Below are positions 1-7,471 of a DNA stretch of 35,937 nt, one piece after another. Where the stretch lies: positions 1 through 35,937 of IMG/VR virus record IMGVR_UViG_2778261229_000003. One strand, written 5' to 3'. The translations under genes and the position numbers were made by a program. The notes beneath the pieces were generated by a model. That model was given only the letters and a program-made list of their open reading frames with translations. It was not told where the DNA came from and ran no database searches. The number at the start of each line of letters is the position of its first letter. Position 1 is the stretch's first letter. Source of the DNA: a virus. Its lineage: Duplodnaviria > Heunggongvirae > Uroviricota > Caudoviricetes.

Positions 1-201
1 TTACCCATTGGCGCGGCTTAAGAGCTTATTTTTGAATTCACAATGGTCACGATATAACCATCTTGCTCGCCCGTGGATAACTTTGGCTTTTGGCAGGTCG
101 CCGGACTTAATCCGGTCGTAGATGAAGGTTTTACCGAAGCCAGTATCGGCCATGATGAATTTCAAATCAACCAGTGAATCAGGTTGTAGTTCGTGTTGCA
201 T
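1..201 (-). CDS. xis: Excisionase / AlpA-family DNA-binding protein
   Basis: 66-aa ORF with helix-turn-helix pattern FIMADTGFGKTFIYDRIKSGDLP...RWLYRDHCEF typical of AlpA/excisionase family; first gene at the left end of the prophage early region, integrase expected beyond coordinate 1. Confidence 0.6.
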   Translation of the reverse strand: MQHELQPDSLVDLKFIMADTGFGKTFIYDRIKSGDLPKAKVIHGRARWLYRDHCEFKNKLLSRANG

Positions 202-246
202 GAGTGCTATCTCCGAATAGGGAATCGAACCTGCAAATCAGGCAAT

Positions 247-268
247 AAAAAACCGCCATCAGGCGGCT
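247..268 (-). terminator. Rho-independent terminator (minus strand)
   Basis: Minus-strand hairpin GCCGCC-TGAT-GGCGG followed by TTTTTT (plus 246-266 reads aaaaaaccgccatcaggcgg). Confidence 0.5.
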
Positions 269-434
269 TGGTGTTCTTTCAGTTCTTCAATTCGAATATT
301 GGTTACGTCTGCATGTGCTATCTGCGCCCACAGCATCCAGTGGTCATAGCAGTCGTTGATGTTCTCTGCTTCGATAACTCTGTTGAATGGTTCTCCATTC
401 CATTCACCTGTTACTCGGAAGTGCATTTATCATC

Positions 435-464
435 TCCATAAAACAAAACTCGCCGTAGCGAGTT
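435..464 (-). terminator. Rho-independent terminator (minus strand) downstream of the 266-aa gene
   Basis: Minus-strand hairpin AACTCGC-TACG-GCGAGTT followed by TTTGTTTTAT, 20 nt past the stop at 484. Confidence 0.45.
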
Positions 465-483
465 CAGATAAAATAAATCCGCA

Positions 484-1284
484 TTAAGCGGCGTCGGTGA
501 ATTCAAATAAAAAACCGGCTTGCGCCGGCTCTCTCATCTTTCTGTCTACCCATGCTGATATCGATGGCGGGTGCACCTTTTCAATAGCAGCGCGAAGTAC
601 AGCTGTGCGTGCCAGTTTGTCGGTAATCTCAGGAAATCGCTTCTCTGTCTTCGGTACGTTAACAGCAACATTAGTAGAATCCGCACTGGCGAACGGATAC
701 ATACCAAGAACTCTCACGTCGAGCATTCGAAGACCATGAATTTTCACTTTCAAATTACGATTGATATAAAGCTCAGTGAAAACTTCATCCATTCTCTGTT
801 CCCACCATTTAGAGCGTATGTGCCTGTGTGGTCCGCAGCATCCAATCGCCACCCATTCAAATTTGCTAGAAAGGCGTAAAAGACGTTCAATTGATTCGTC
901 GGTATGCCAGACCGGAACCGCTTTTGATTTTAGCCAATCAGGAACCAACTCAATCTGCTCGTCGTTTTCTGCCTCTGTCCCTTCGATAACGTCAGGTATA
1001 AGAAACCATTCAATTCTGCTGAACCACTTCCCAACAAAGTCGTAGAATTTTGCTCGTCTCTTACTCCAGTCTACCGGAGTGCCTTTCTTTAATGCTTTCA
1101 TCCAGTCGCTAAAAGCACCGTTATCAAGGCGTATATCACAAGGGAACATGGCAATCTTTTTCATCTGCTCTGGTCTGGCAAATGAAACAAAAGCCCCACC
1201 ATCACGGTAAAGGGCTTTAATCAGCATATCTGTAGGGGCATGCTCATCCCCCCATATTGGGCTGCCGTGAAAGTGGATGGTCAT
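484..1284 (-). CDS. Hypothetical 266-aa ea-region protein; possible TGT-fold (DpdA-like) enzyme
   Basis: Long ORF, last gene of the leftward operon before xis; motif order LDNGAF ... HTDES ... AIGCCG ... SADST resembles the catalytic loops of tRNA-guanine transglycosylase family (from memory, not searched). Confidence 0.5.
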   Translation of the reverse strand: MTIHFHGSPIWGDEHAPTDMLIKALYRDGGAFVSFARPEQMKKIAMFPCDIRLDNGAFSDWMKALKKGTPVDWSKRRAKFYDFVGKWFSRIEWFLIPDVIEGTEAENDEQIELVPDWLKSKAVPVWHTDESIERLLRLSSKFEWVAIGCCGPHRHIRSKWWEQRMDEVFTELYINRNLKVKIHGLRMLDVRVLGMYPFASADSTNVAVNVPKTEKRFPEITDKLARTAVLRAAIEKVHPPSISAWVDRKMREPAQAGFLFEFTDAA

Positions 1285-1326
1285 ATTATCCCCATATAAA
1301 AGAAATCCCCGCGAATGCGAGGATTG

Positions 1327-1611
1327 TTATTCATTGCCGATATTCACCTTTATCGCGAATACCTTTACCGGTTTATCTCCGAAGTGCGGATGTGTGATTG
1401 TCTTGATTTCATATCCGTCATACGGAACATCAATTCTACGGCTGGAATCGTCGCGCTTCGGATATCCCTTTGTGATAATCAGGCGGTCATACTCCCGGAA
1501 CATAATTCGCTTATTCCAGTAGTCATTACACAGGCGATACTCTTCCGTTTTCTCTCCGCGAATGATGGCATCGAAGTATTCACCTTTAACGGCTAGTTGC
1601 AGGTTAGCCAC
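1327..1611 (-). CDS. ASCH/PUA-like small protein (DUF3850-like)
   Basis: 94-aa ORF; N-terminal pattern LAVKGEYFDAIIRGEKTEEYR resembles ASCH-type domains; start overlaps stop of upstream gene. Confidence 0.45.
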   Translation of the reverse strand: MANLQLAVKGEYFDAIIRGEKTEEYRLCNDYWNKRIMFREYDRLIITKGYPKRDDSSRRIDVPYDGYEIKTITHPHFGDKPVKVFAIKVNIGNE

Positions 1612-2167
1612 GGTTAACCTCCTGCGGCGGTTCCGGTAGCCGCATCCAGTCGGTTACATTGCGACTCTGTGTTTCGAAAAATTCATCACCATTGCGGACA
1701 ATATCGAAAAACTCTCCGTCTCGATATTGCGCATAAAGAACGAATGCGCCATCACATAAAATAATTACGTGCTGACCATCATCTGGCATTCGCTCACTAC
1801 AGCTTATCCAACCATCCGGAGTTACCGGAGTTGGTCCATCGAATTCGGGCATGTCAGGACCTTTTCTGATAGCTTTAGCCAGCTCCAGCGGGTCATCGTA
1901 AAGCCAGTCGCCAGTTTGTGGGTGATTTGCTTCTGCAAGCTGCGCAGCCCATTCAAGACCATCTTTTTGACCTTGGAGATAATCAAGCGGCAACTCTTCA
2001 TGATTACTTGCAGGTTCGGCACTATCAGCTTCGCGCCGCTTCTGTAGCTCTGCTGCCATCGCTCTCACGACTTCAACTGGTGCCCTTGCAGCAAACTCTA
2101 TGTTGGTGATCAGCTCATTAAGATATTGCTCGCTGGGATACTGTTTCTTATTGGTAATAGTGATCAT
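1604..2167 (-). CDS. DUF551-domain phage protein
   Basis: 187-aa ORF; C-terminal signature W..C.ERMP...VIILCDG...DWMRLPEPP typical of DUF551; ATGA overlap with upstream gene. Confidence 0.55.
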   Translation of the reverse strand: MITITNKKQYPSEQYLNELITNIEFAARAPVEVVRAMAAELQKRREADSAEPASNHEELPLDYLQGQKDGLEWAAQLAEANHPQTGDWLYDDPLELAKAIRKGPDMPEFDGPTPVTPDGWISCSERMPDDGQHVIILCDGAFVLYAQYRDGEFFDIVRNGDEFFETQSRNVTDWMRLPEPPQEVNRG

Positions 2168-2679
2168 GCCGCGTTTCCTTCTTTCTTATTAACAATTACA
2201 CCGTCATATATTTCATTAAGGTGCCCTCTCAACTCCATGCGCCTTAATGCAGATAACATGTAATCGCATTCAACCTGCTTATTTCCAGTAAATGGCTTAT
2301 CGTCAGGATTACCCCAACAGCAATTACCCTTGGGCCACCCATGTACTTTCCGTACTCTTCCGTTAACAACGTGAAGTAATCCCCAGCCAGGTGGTAAATC
2401 CTCAATTGAAATAATTCCCGGCTCACTAATAAAGAATCGCCAGTCGCCCATTCCAAGAGACGGATTTTTACGGAAACGCTTTTTTCTATCTGCCAACAAG
2501 TCAGCACGAGAACACTTCGCCTCTATCAAGCATGATGCTGAACTTCTGAATCCCATAGCATCTGGCTGTTCTCCGGTGCTGGTTACAGCTATAAAGCGGT
2601 CATGAAAGCAAACCTTGAACCCGTTGCGCTTAAGGAACTTGTACGCAATCTGACAGAGTTCGCGGTGTGTTAACGCCAT
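2164..2679 (-). CDS. PD-(D/E)XK-type nuclease-like protein
   Basis: Start refined to ATG 2679 (MALTHRELCQ) preceded by AAGGAG; motif GEQPDAMGF ... CLIEAKCSRADL matches D...ExK nuclease core. Confidence 0.5.
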   Translation of the reverse strand: MALTHRELCQIAYKFLKRNGFKVCFHDRFIAVTSTGEQPDAMGFRSSASCLIEAKCSRADLLADRKKRFRKNPSLGMGDWRFFISEPGIISIEDLPPGWGLLHVVNGRVRKVHGWPKGNCCWGNPDDKPFTGNKQVECDYMLSALRRMELRGHLNEIYDGVIVNKKEGNAA

Positions 2680-2680
2680 C

Positions 2681-2875
2681 TCACTCTCCTTTAGTGCGCA
2701 GATAACAGTGGTTTTTCCAGCGGTTTTGCGCCGCGCTGGGCTTTTTGCAAAAACCACAATCCATCATCCCGTAATGTTTCATTAACCCCACCCGTCGGTT
2801 GCTGAGTCTCACCCACTGCCAGACGCCAGGAGCGTTTCTGCGAACTAACAGAATCTTTGCTTTACGGTTTTTCAT
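2681..2875 (-). CDS. Small hypothetical protein (64 aa)
   Basis: ORF with AGGAG 9 nt upstream of ATG; ATGA overlap with upstream orf58 and stop 1 nt before nuclease start (translational coupling). Confidence 0.3.
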   Translation of the reverse strand: MKNRKAKILLVRRNAPGVWQWVRLSNRRVGLMKHYGMMDCGFCKKPSAAQNRWKNHCYLRTKGE

Positions 2876-3048
2876 CGTTTTGCTCTCCTGCGTTTCTTTG
2901 CTGCTCGTCGTGCCGATGCAATACCGGTATGGCGGCGCTTTGGTGCCGGGATGATGTTGTCAGCCATCAGGACATGTGGCTTTGCAATTAGCGCAGAAGC
3001 CCAAAAACGAGTCGGGTACGGTAACAAGCCGATACATGCCACACGCAT
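2872..3048 (-). CDS. Small basic hypothetical protein (58 aa)
   Basis: Hand-translated ORF MRVACIGLLPYPTRFW...RRAAKKRRRAKR; ATG overlaps the TAA of the Ea22-like gene (TAATG); below the 60-aa track cutoff. Confidence 0.3.
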   Translation of the reverse strand: MRVACIGLLPYPTRFWASALIAKPHVLMADNIIPAPKRRHTGIASARRAAKKRRRAKR

Positions 3049-3743
3049 TACTCACCTCCTTTGATGCGAATGCCAGCGGCGCGGGAATCATTCCATCGCT
3101 TTACTTCTTCACGAATTACGTCAATGCATTCTTTCGAATCCATTAGGTAATCTTCATCAAAAAGACGTTCCTGTTCGTTTTCTATCGCAACAATGATTGC
3201 TTCAACTAACTTTTGTGCCTGAGAACCACTTTCTAACTCTGCAATGCGCTTCTCTGCGGCTTCCAGCTTCTCGCGCATATCGTCAACGTACTCGACCAGA
3301 GATCCGCCAGCAGGAATTTCGCACTCCTCGACCAGTTGGAAGTAGATATCAGCTGCGGCCCGTGTGTTGCTATGCCTAGCGTCGCCCATCTCACCTTCAC
3401 GAAGAGCATCGCGTTCGGCGGTAAGATTGGCTATTTTGCTGTCTTTGCCTTCCAGCTCAACGCGCAGCCTCCCTACCGTTAGCGCAATATCCTCGTTCTC
3501 CTGGTCGCGGCGTTTGATGTATTGCAGGTTTCTTTCCCGTTCATCCAGTAGTGCCAAAGCAATCTTGGGATTAAAGGCAGCAATAAATTCAGCGTTGTTT
3601 TTCAGAACGTGTTGCGCAATGGCCTGACTACTTAGCCGGACTTCATAACCACGTGCGCCACGGTGTGGTTTATATGAGTCCCAGTCACCCCACGTTGCTT
3701 TCTCTGCCGCCTCACGCAGTGCCTGATAGTCAATCTTGCTCAC
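3048..3743 (-). CDS. Ead/Ea22-like family protein
   Basis: 231-aa ORF with N-terminus [21 protein letters not shown] typical of lambdoid Ead/Ea22-like proteins; acidic coiled-coil rich. Confidence 0.5.
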   Translation of the reverse strand: MSKIDYQALREAAEKATWGDWDSYKPHRGARGYEVRLSSQAIAQHVLKNNAEFIAAFNPKIALALLDERERNLQYIKRRDQENEDIALTVGRLRVELEGKDSKIANLTAERDALREGEMGDARHSNTRAAADIYFQLVEECEIPAGGSLVEYVDDMREKLEAAEKRIAELESGSQAQKLVEAIIVAIENEQERLFDEDYLMDSKECIDVIREEVKRWNDSRAAGIRIKGGE

Positions 3744-4381
3744 TGGTTGCCTCCTTTGCGAAGCTGTTCAGCAATACTTACGCATATCTCTGCGCCTCTA
3801 ATCAGCCCCGGAACGTTCTTGTTTGGCCCAACTTCACCATCAACAAAATCAATCATCGCGTTACGAGCCATATCTACGCCCTGCGCCCGGACTTCAGCCA
3901 GGCATTTGCGAAACTCGGAAACGTACTGTTCGACGCTCATTCCCCAGCTAAGTGGACATTCATTGAATGTTTCGCCTTCGTGCTCTTCATCAGGTAGCTC
4001 TTTGGTAAAGAACTCACGCTCAATGGCGTGGAGTGTGTCAGCAAAACGACGTAAGTTACTCAAACCTGTCGTAATGGAGAATTCAAGAGCATCACATCCG
4101 ACGACCATCTGCTGGTAAACTGCTGTTTTGAAGGCCTTCAGTCTCGCATTCTCCGCAGCCAGCGCTGAAAACTTCTCGTGTGCCAACTTAACAGCCGCAT
4201 CAGCCTGCTTAATTGACTCAATCGCTCTCTGGTGGTCTTCGTACAGAGCCGAAATCTTGGCCTCCGCTTCAGCAAATTTACGCACCAGATATTCAGCGTT
4301 TGTTTCGTTAACCTTTAAATCTCGTGGGATGCATTTACCTTTCAGAAAACCATCCATCTCAATTAGTGACATTTGTTTCAT
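3740..4381 (-). CDS. Hypothetical coiled-coil protein (ea region)
   Basis: Track ORF 3740-4399; likely start ATG 4381 (MKQMSL) with GGAG 9 nt upstream; ATGA overlap with downstream Ea22-like gene. Confidence 0.45.
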   Translation of the reverse strand: MKQMSLIEMDGFLKGKCIPRDLKVNETNAEYLVRKFAEAEAKISALYEDHQRAIESIKQADAAVKLAHEKFSALAAENARLKAFKTAVYQQMVVGCDALEFSITTGLSNLRRFADTLHAIEREFFTKELPDEEHEGETFNECPLSWGMSVEQYVSEFRKCLAEVRAQGVDMARNAMIDFVDGEVGPNKNVPGLIRGAEICVSIAEQLRKGGNQ

Positions 4382-4542
4382 TTCTTCCCACTCCGCCACA
4401 TCGCATTCAGATATTTGTTTTGATTTACTGACGGAAAAGAATTTCTCTTAAGCAATTCCTCTCTCGATGGCATTGGCTTTACGCGTTGGCGAATAATCAT
4501 TTCTGCCGGAAGAATGCCGTGATTGTATGCAAGTCCTCTCAT
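4378..4542 (-). CDS. Small hypothetical protein (54 aa)
   Basis: Hand-translated ORF bridging two genes, ATG overlaps stop of upstream gene (ATGA); weak evidence only. Confidence 0.2.
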   Translation of the reverse strand: MRGLAYNHGILPAEMIIRQRVKPMPSREELLKRNSFPSVNQNKYLNAMWRSGKK

Positions 4543-4829
4543 GATTTACTCTCCACGAACTGGTCAATAGCCATGCTAAGTGACACACCTAAAGTCTCGA
4601 TATGCTGCTGAATATCCTGTAGCGTCTGCGCCTGAGATAACAGGATTTCACGGTTGCATAACTCTTTGACCAGATGCTCAAACTTGCTGTAATAACCGAT
4701 ACGGCTTAGTGTTTCTTTCCCTGCATTCTCGCCTTCTTTGATAATTCCTCTTTCACTAAGAATCAGGTCGTGTTTGGTTCCGGTAATAACGTATTTTCCG
4801 AGGTCGATGTTTAGCTTCATTGTTTTCAT
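4539..4829 (-). CDS. Hypothetical protein (96 aa)
   Basis: Track ORF 4539-4982; start refined to ATG 4829 ([10 protein letters not shown]) with GAGGA 7 nt upstream. Confidence 0.45.
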   Translation of the reverse strand: MKTMKLNIDLGKYVITGTKHDLILSERGIIKEGENAGKETLSRIGYYSKFEHLVKELCNREILLSQAQTLQDIQQHIETLGVSLSMAIDQFVESKS

Positions 4830-4839
4830 TGTTAATTCC

Positions 4840-5136
4840 TCAGTCATTACTGATAGCGCCATAGCGTGAGCGGTAATTACGCAGGCGCGGGTCGATATAT
4901 TCAGGGAAGTGGGTATATGTGGCTTTGCGGAATGGTCGGATTGATGTCTGGTAAATTCGCTCGCGTTCTTCTTTCTCTGCAAGCCATATACAATGGCGAA
5001 ATTCCTTTTCCTCTTTCGTTTCCTGCGGTAGCGACATTATCCGATCGTAGTTTTTTCTGAATTTATCCAGCACCTCCGATACGGAATTGCCGGAACAGCG
5101 GCGCGGGTCATCCGCACCATACAGAGGCGCTGGCAT
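4840..5136 (-). CDS. Hypothetical protein (98 aa)
   Basis: ORF with AGGAG RBS 7 nt upstream of ATG 5136; no recognisable motif. Confidence 0.45.
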   Translation of the reverse strand: MPAPLYGADDPRRCSGNSVSEVLDKFRKNYDRIMSLPQETKEEKEFRHCIWLAEKEERERIYQTSIRPFRKATYTHFPEYIDPRLRNYRSRYGAISND

Positions 5137-5152
5137 GGTTTTCTCCTGTTGA

Positions 5153-5701
5153 TTATTTAGCTAACTTTTTCCAGATCGCTGAAACGTATTTGGCTTGGTG
5201 AATGGCATCATCAAGAGCGTTGTGGCGAGTTCCTTTGAATGGCATATCTCGCTTAGGGTCGAATCCTATTACCTTTCCAAGCTCGACGATTGTTCTTACG
5301 TCGCGGTCATTCCACCACTGCCATGGAACTGGCTGCCCTGTCAGCGAATAACTGTTTCGGAGAATAACGCAGTCAAATGATGCTCCATTCCCCCAAACCT
5401 GAACGAATTTGTGGTTAGCGTTCTTTATGATGAATTCAGATAACCATGAAAGAGCCGTTGAAAGCTCCTGAATGTTGCTGGTTAGCGATTTTCTGGCTTC
5501 TTCACTCTGTTCCAGCCACCATAAAATCGTTGAAGCGTCAGGACGCGCCCGATATCGCATTGATGACTCAAGCGAGATATTTACCGAGAACTCTTCTCCT
5601 GTTTCTCCGGTATTCGGGTCAAAGAATACCGCCCCAATAGAAATAACTGGCGCGTATGGCCCGTTGCCCATTGTTTCAAGGTCAACCATCAAGTGATTCA
5701 T
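5153..5701 (-). CDS. DnaQ-like (DEDDh) 3'-5' exonuclease
   Basis: 182-aa ORF with exonuclease motifs MVDLETMG (Exo I) and HNALDDAIHQAKY (Exo III); AAGGA RBS; sits with SSB and annealase. Confidence 0.7.
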   Translation of the reverse strand: MNHLMVDLETMGNGPYAPVISIGAVFFDPNTGETGEEFSVNISLESSMRYRARPDASTILWWLEQSEEARKSLTSNIQELSTALSWLSEFIIKNANHKFVQVWGNGASFDCVILRNSYSLTGQPVPWQWWNDRDVRTIVELGKVIGFDPKRDMPFKGTRHNALDDAIHQAKYVSAIWKKLAK

Positions 5702-5709
5702 GTAAGTCC

Positions 5710-6216
5710 TTAAATTGCGTGAATAGCGTGACGAGGGAAGGGGAGAGTTACTGGTGCAAAGGGTATATCGTCGTCAAAATCCATAGGTGGTTCGTTGTGT
5801 TGTGCTGGTGATGATTGCTGCTGTGGCTTCTGTGATTGCCTGCTGGCTGCTTGTTGTTTGCTGTCGCCAATGCCGCCAAGCATTTGCATCACGCCATTAA
5901 TTCCGACATGAACCTCGGTTGTGTAACGGTCTTGTCCTGACTGGTCTTTCCACTTTCTGGTTCTCAGCATTCCCTCGAAATAAATCTGATCACCTTTTTT
6001 CACATACTGCCCCACGACCTCAGCCAGTTTCCCGGATACAGCAACACGATGCCATTCAGTCAATTCCTTTTGCTCGCCAGTATTTTTATCTCGCCATTGT
6101 TCTGACGTGGCTATTGTCAGGTTAGCGAACGCTGTTCCTGATGGTGAGTATCGAACTTCCGGGTCTTGTCCTACCCGACCAAGGATAATCACCTTATTTA
6201 CGCCTCTGCTTGCCAT
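5710..6216 (-). CDS. ssb: Single-stranded DNA-binding protein with C-terminal extension
   Basis: OB-fold N-terminus [18 protein letters not shown]..., Gln/Pro-rich linker and acidic tip DFDDDIPF, but ORF continues 15 codons ([15 protein letters not shown]) past the canonical terminal Phe. Confidence 0.85.
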   Translation of the reverse strand: MASRGVNKVIILGRVGQDPEVRYSPSGTAFANLTIATSEQWRDKNTGEQKELTEWHRVAVSGKLAEVVGQYVKKGDQIYFEGMLRTRKWKDQSGQDRYTTEVHVGINGVMQMLGGIGDSKQQAASRQSQKPQQQSSPAQHNEPPMDFDDDIPFAPVTLPFPRHAIHAI

Positions 6217-6924
6217 TTATGCCGCCTGTTTTAGTTCGTTAACTCTGATGTTCATTACCTGAACGCATTTAGCCTGCGCCTCCTCGTTGCCAGCCATTAA
6301 TTGCCAGTCACGCTGATAACGCTCGATGAGTTTTTTCTTGTCAGTTTCTGTTGATGCATAATCGCTGAAGTCTTTCAGGATTTGTTCGCAGTCAACCGAT
6401 GGAGATTTCTGGTTGGTATTTTCTGGTGATGGTTTGTTATCTGATGCTGGGATTGCCCATCCCGGCAGCGTTGGAGGGAGCCAGTAAAACCCTGTTCCAT
6501 CCTTCAGTTTTGCCCTGTGCCACCCCTGTTTTTTATCGAGAGATGTTTGTGCGAAACCTTCCTCAAGGTTATACAGATACCGACCGATTCCCCACTGAAC
6601 GGCAGCGCGCTTCATTGCACCGGAACGACCACCTTTGACGGCTTCTACCTGCGTGTTTTCAGCAGCATCCCATTTGGTTACCCATTCGGAATCAATCTTT
6701 ATTGATATGCCGCATTCAACGCCGCCGTTGTTGGGAATATCGCGGTATTCATTGCGCCATCCTGCTTTGCCGCAAACATCGTCCAGGCGTTTCATGATTG
6801 CCCGGTTCGTTACATAAGCCAGCACCATAGCCCACACTTTGCCATCGCGTGTTTTACCGCTTTGCTGTATTCGCCATTCGATATCTTCAGGGCTGAATGG
6901 CTCATCGAATTTATTCAAATCCAT
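6217..6924 (-). CDS. Rad52/22-family single-strand annealing protein
   Basis: 235-aa ORF with Rad52-type motifs including AMKRAAVQWGIGRYLY; GAGGTG RBS; adjacent to ssb and exonuclease. Confidence 0.7.
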   Translation of the reverse strand: MDLNKFDEPFSPEDIEWRIQQSGKTRDGKVWAMVLAYVTNRAIMKRLDDVCGKAGWRNEYRDIPNNGGVECGISIKIDSEWVTKWDAAENTQVEAVKGGRSGAMKRAAVQWGIGRYLYNLEEGFAQTSLDKKQGWHRAKLKDGTGFYWLPPTLPGWAIPASDNKPSPENTNQKSPSVDCEQILKDFSDYASTETDKKKLIERYQRDWQLMAGNEEAQAKCVQVMNIRVNELKQAA

Positions 6925-7023
6925 AATTCACCTCAGAATGGACATGGCCCAAGGAAATAACGCTGATTTAATACTTCGACTCGGGACAAATTAAGGCATA
7001 CCCGCATTCCTTCGCGGTCGCCA

Positions 7024-7182
7024 TTATGGCGATACCAGAGAGCTTTCTGCGTGTACATGCGTCTCTGTAACTTGCTCTCCTTCACTGTGGTTGCAAGTGA
7101 CATGAATATCTCCTTCGTTACCGATTAATTCTTTCATCTGACGAATGAATTCTTCGTCTGACCAGTTATCTGTAAAACTCAT
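7024..7182 (-). CDS. Small hypothetical protein (52 aa)
   Basis: Hand-translated ORF MSFTDNWSDEEFIRQMKELIGNEG...; ATG overlaps TGA of kil-like ORF; below track cutoff. Confidence 0.35.
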   Translation of the reverse strand: MSFTDNWSDEEFIRQMKELIGNEGDIHVTCNHSEGEQVTETHVHAESSLVSP

Positions 7183-7331
7183 TTCCTGCGATACCACGGA
7201 AGGTTGATAGCTGATTTCATCGCTTTATTTGCTTCAATCCACATTTTTGAATCACCAATAAATCTGGCTATTACTGCTTTGTTCTGTGCTGCACGAAGCA
7301 TCTGGTGATTGATGGCTATTTCATTGCGCAT
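7179..7331 (-). CDS. kil: Kil-like host-killing/cell-division inhibitor
   Basis: 50-aa ORF MRNEIAINHQMLRAAQNKAVIARFIGDSKMW...; FIGD.KM core recalls lambda Kil; located directly downstream of cIII as in lambda. Confidence 0.5.
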   Translation of the reverse strand: MRNEIAINHQMLRAAQNKAVIARFIGDSKMWIEANKAMKSAINLPWYRRK

Positions 7332-7447
7332 AATAAGACCTCAACTCTTTTCCATCCGTCACGTAATTTACGGGTGATTCGTTCAAGTAAAGATTCATTT
7401 AGTTGGAAGGCACCCATGCGAGCGCCTCCCGCGATTGCGTAAATCAT
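7316..7447 (-). CDS. cIII: CIII-like protease inhibitor
   Basis: 43-aa ORF MIYAIAGGARMGAFQLNESLLERITRKLRDGWKR...; the segment SLLERITRKLRDGWKR matches lambda CIII from memory; AAGGA RBS. Confidence 0.7.
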   Translation of the reverse strand: MIYAIAGGARMGAFQLNESLLERITRKLRDGWKRVEVLLCAMK

Positions 7448-7471
7448 GGGTGGTTCCTTATGTTGGTTTTA

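Noticed and set aside
1-201. Integrase and attachment site expected next to xis
   Set aside because: Not in the window; the sequence begins at the xis stop codon, so int/att presumably lie beyond coordinate 1 and cannot be assessed.
193-441. 82-aa plus-strand ORF between xis and the 266-aa gene
   Set aside because: Overlaps xis start and two minus-strand terminators, has no RBS and lies on the opposite strand to the operon; probably non-coding.
510-530. Hairpin plus T-run (ccggcttgcgccgg with flanking A/T runs) that looks like a terminator
   Set aside because: Lies within the last codons of the 266-aa CDS (encodes EPAQAGFLF); the intergenic terminator at 435-464 is a better candidate.
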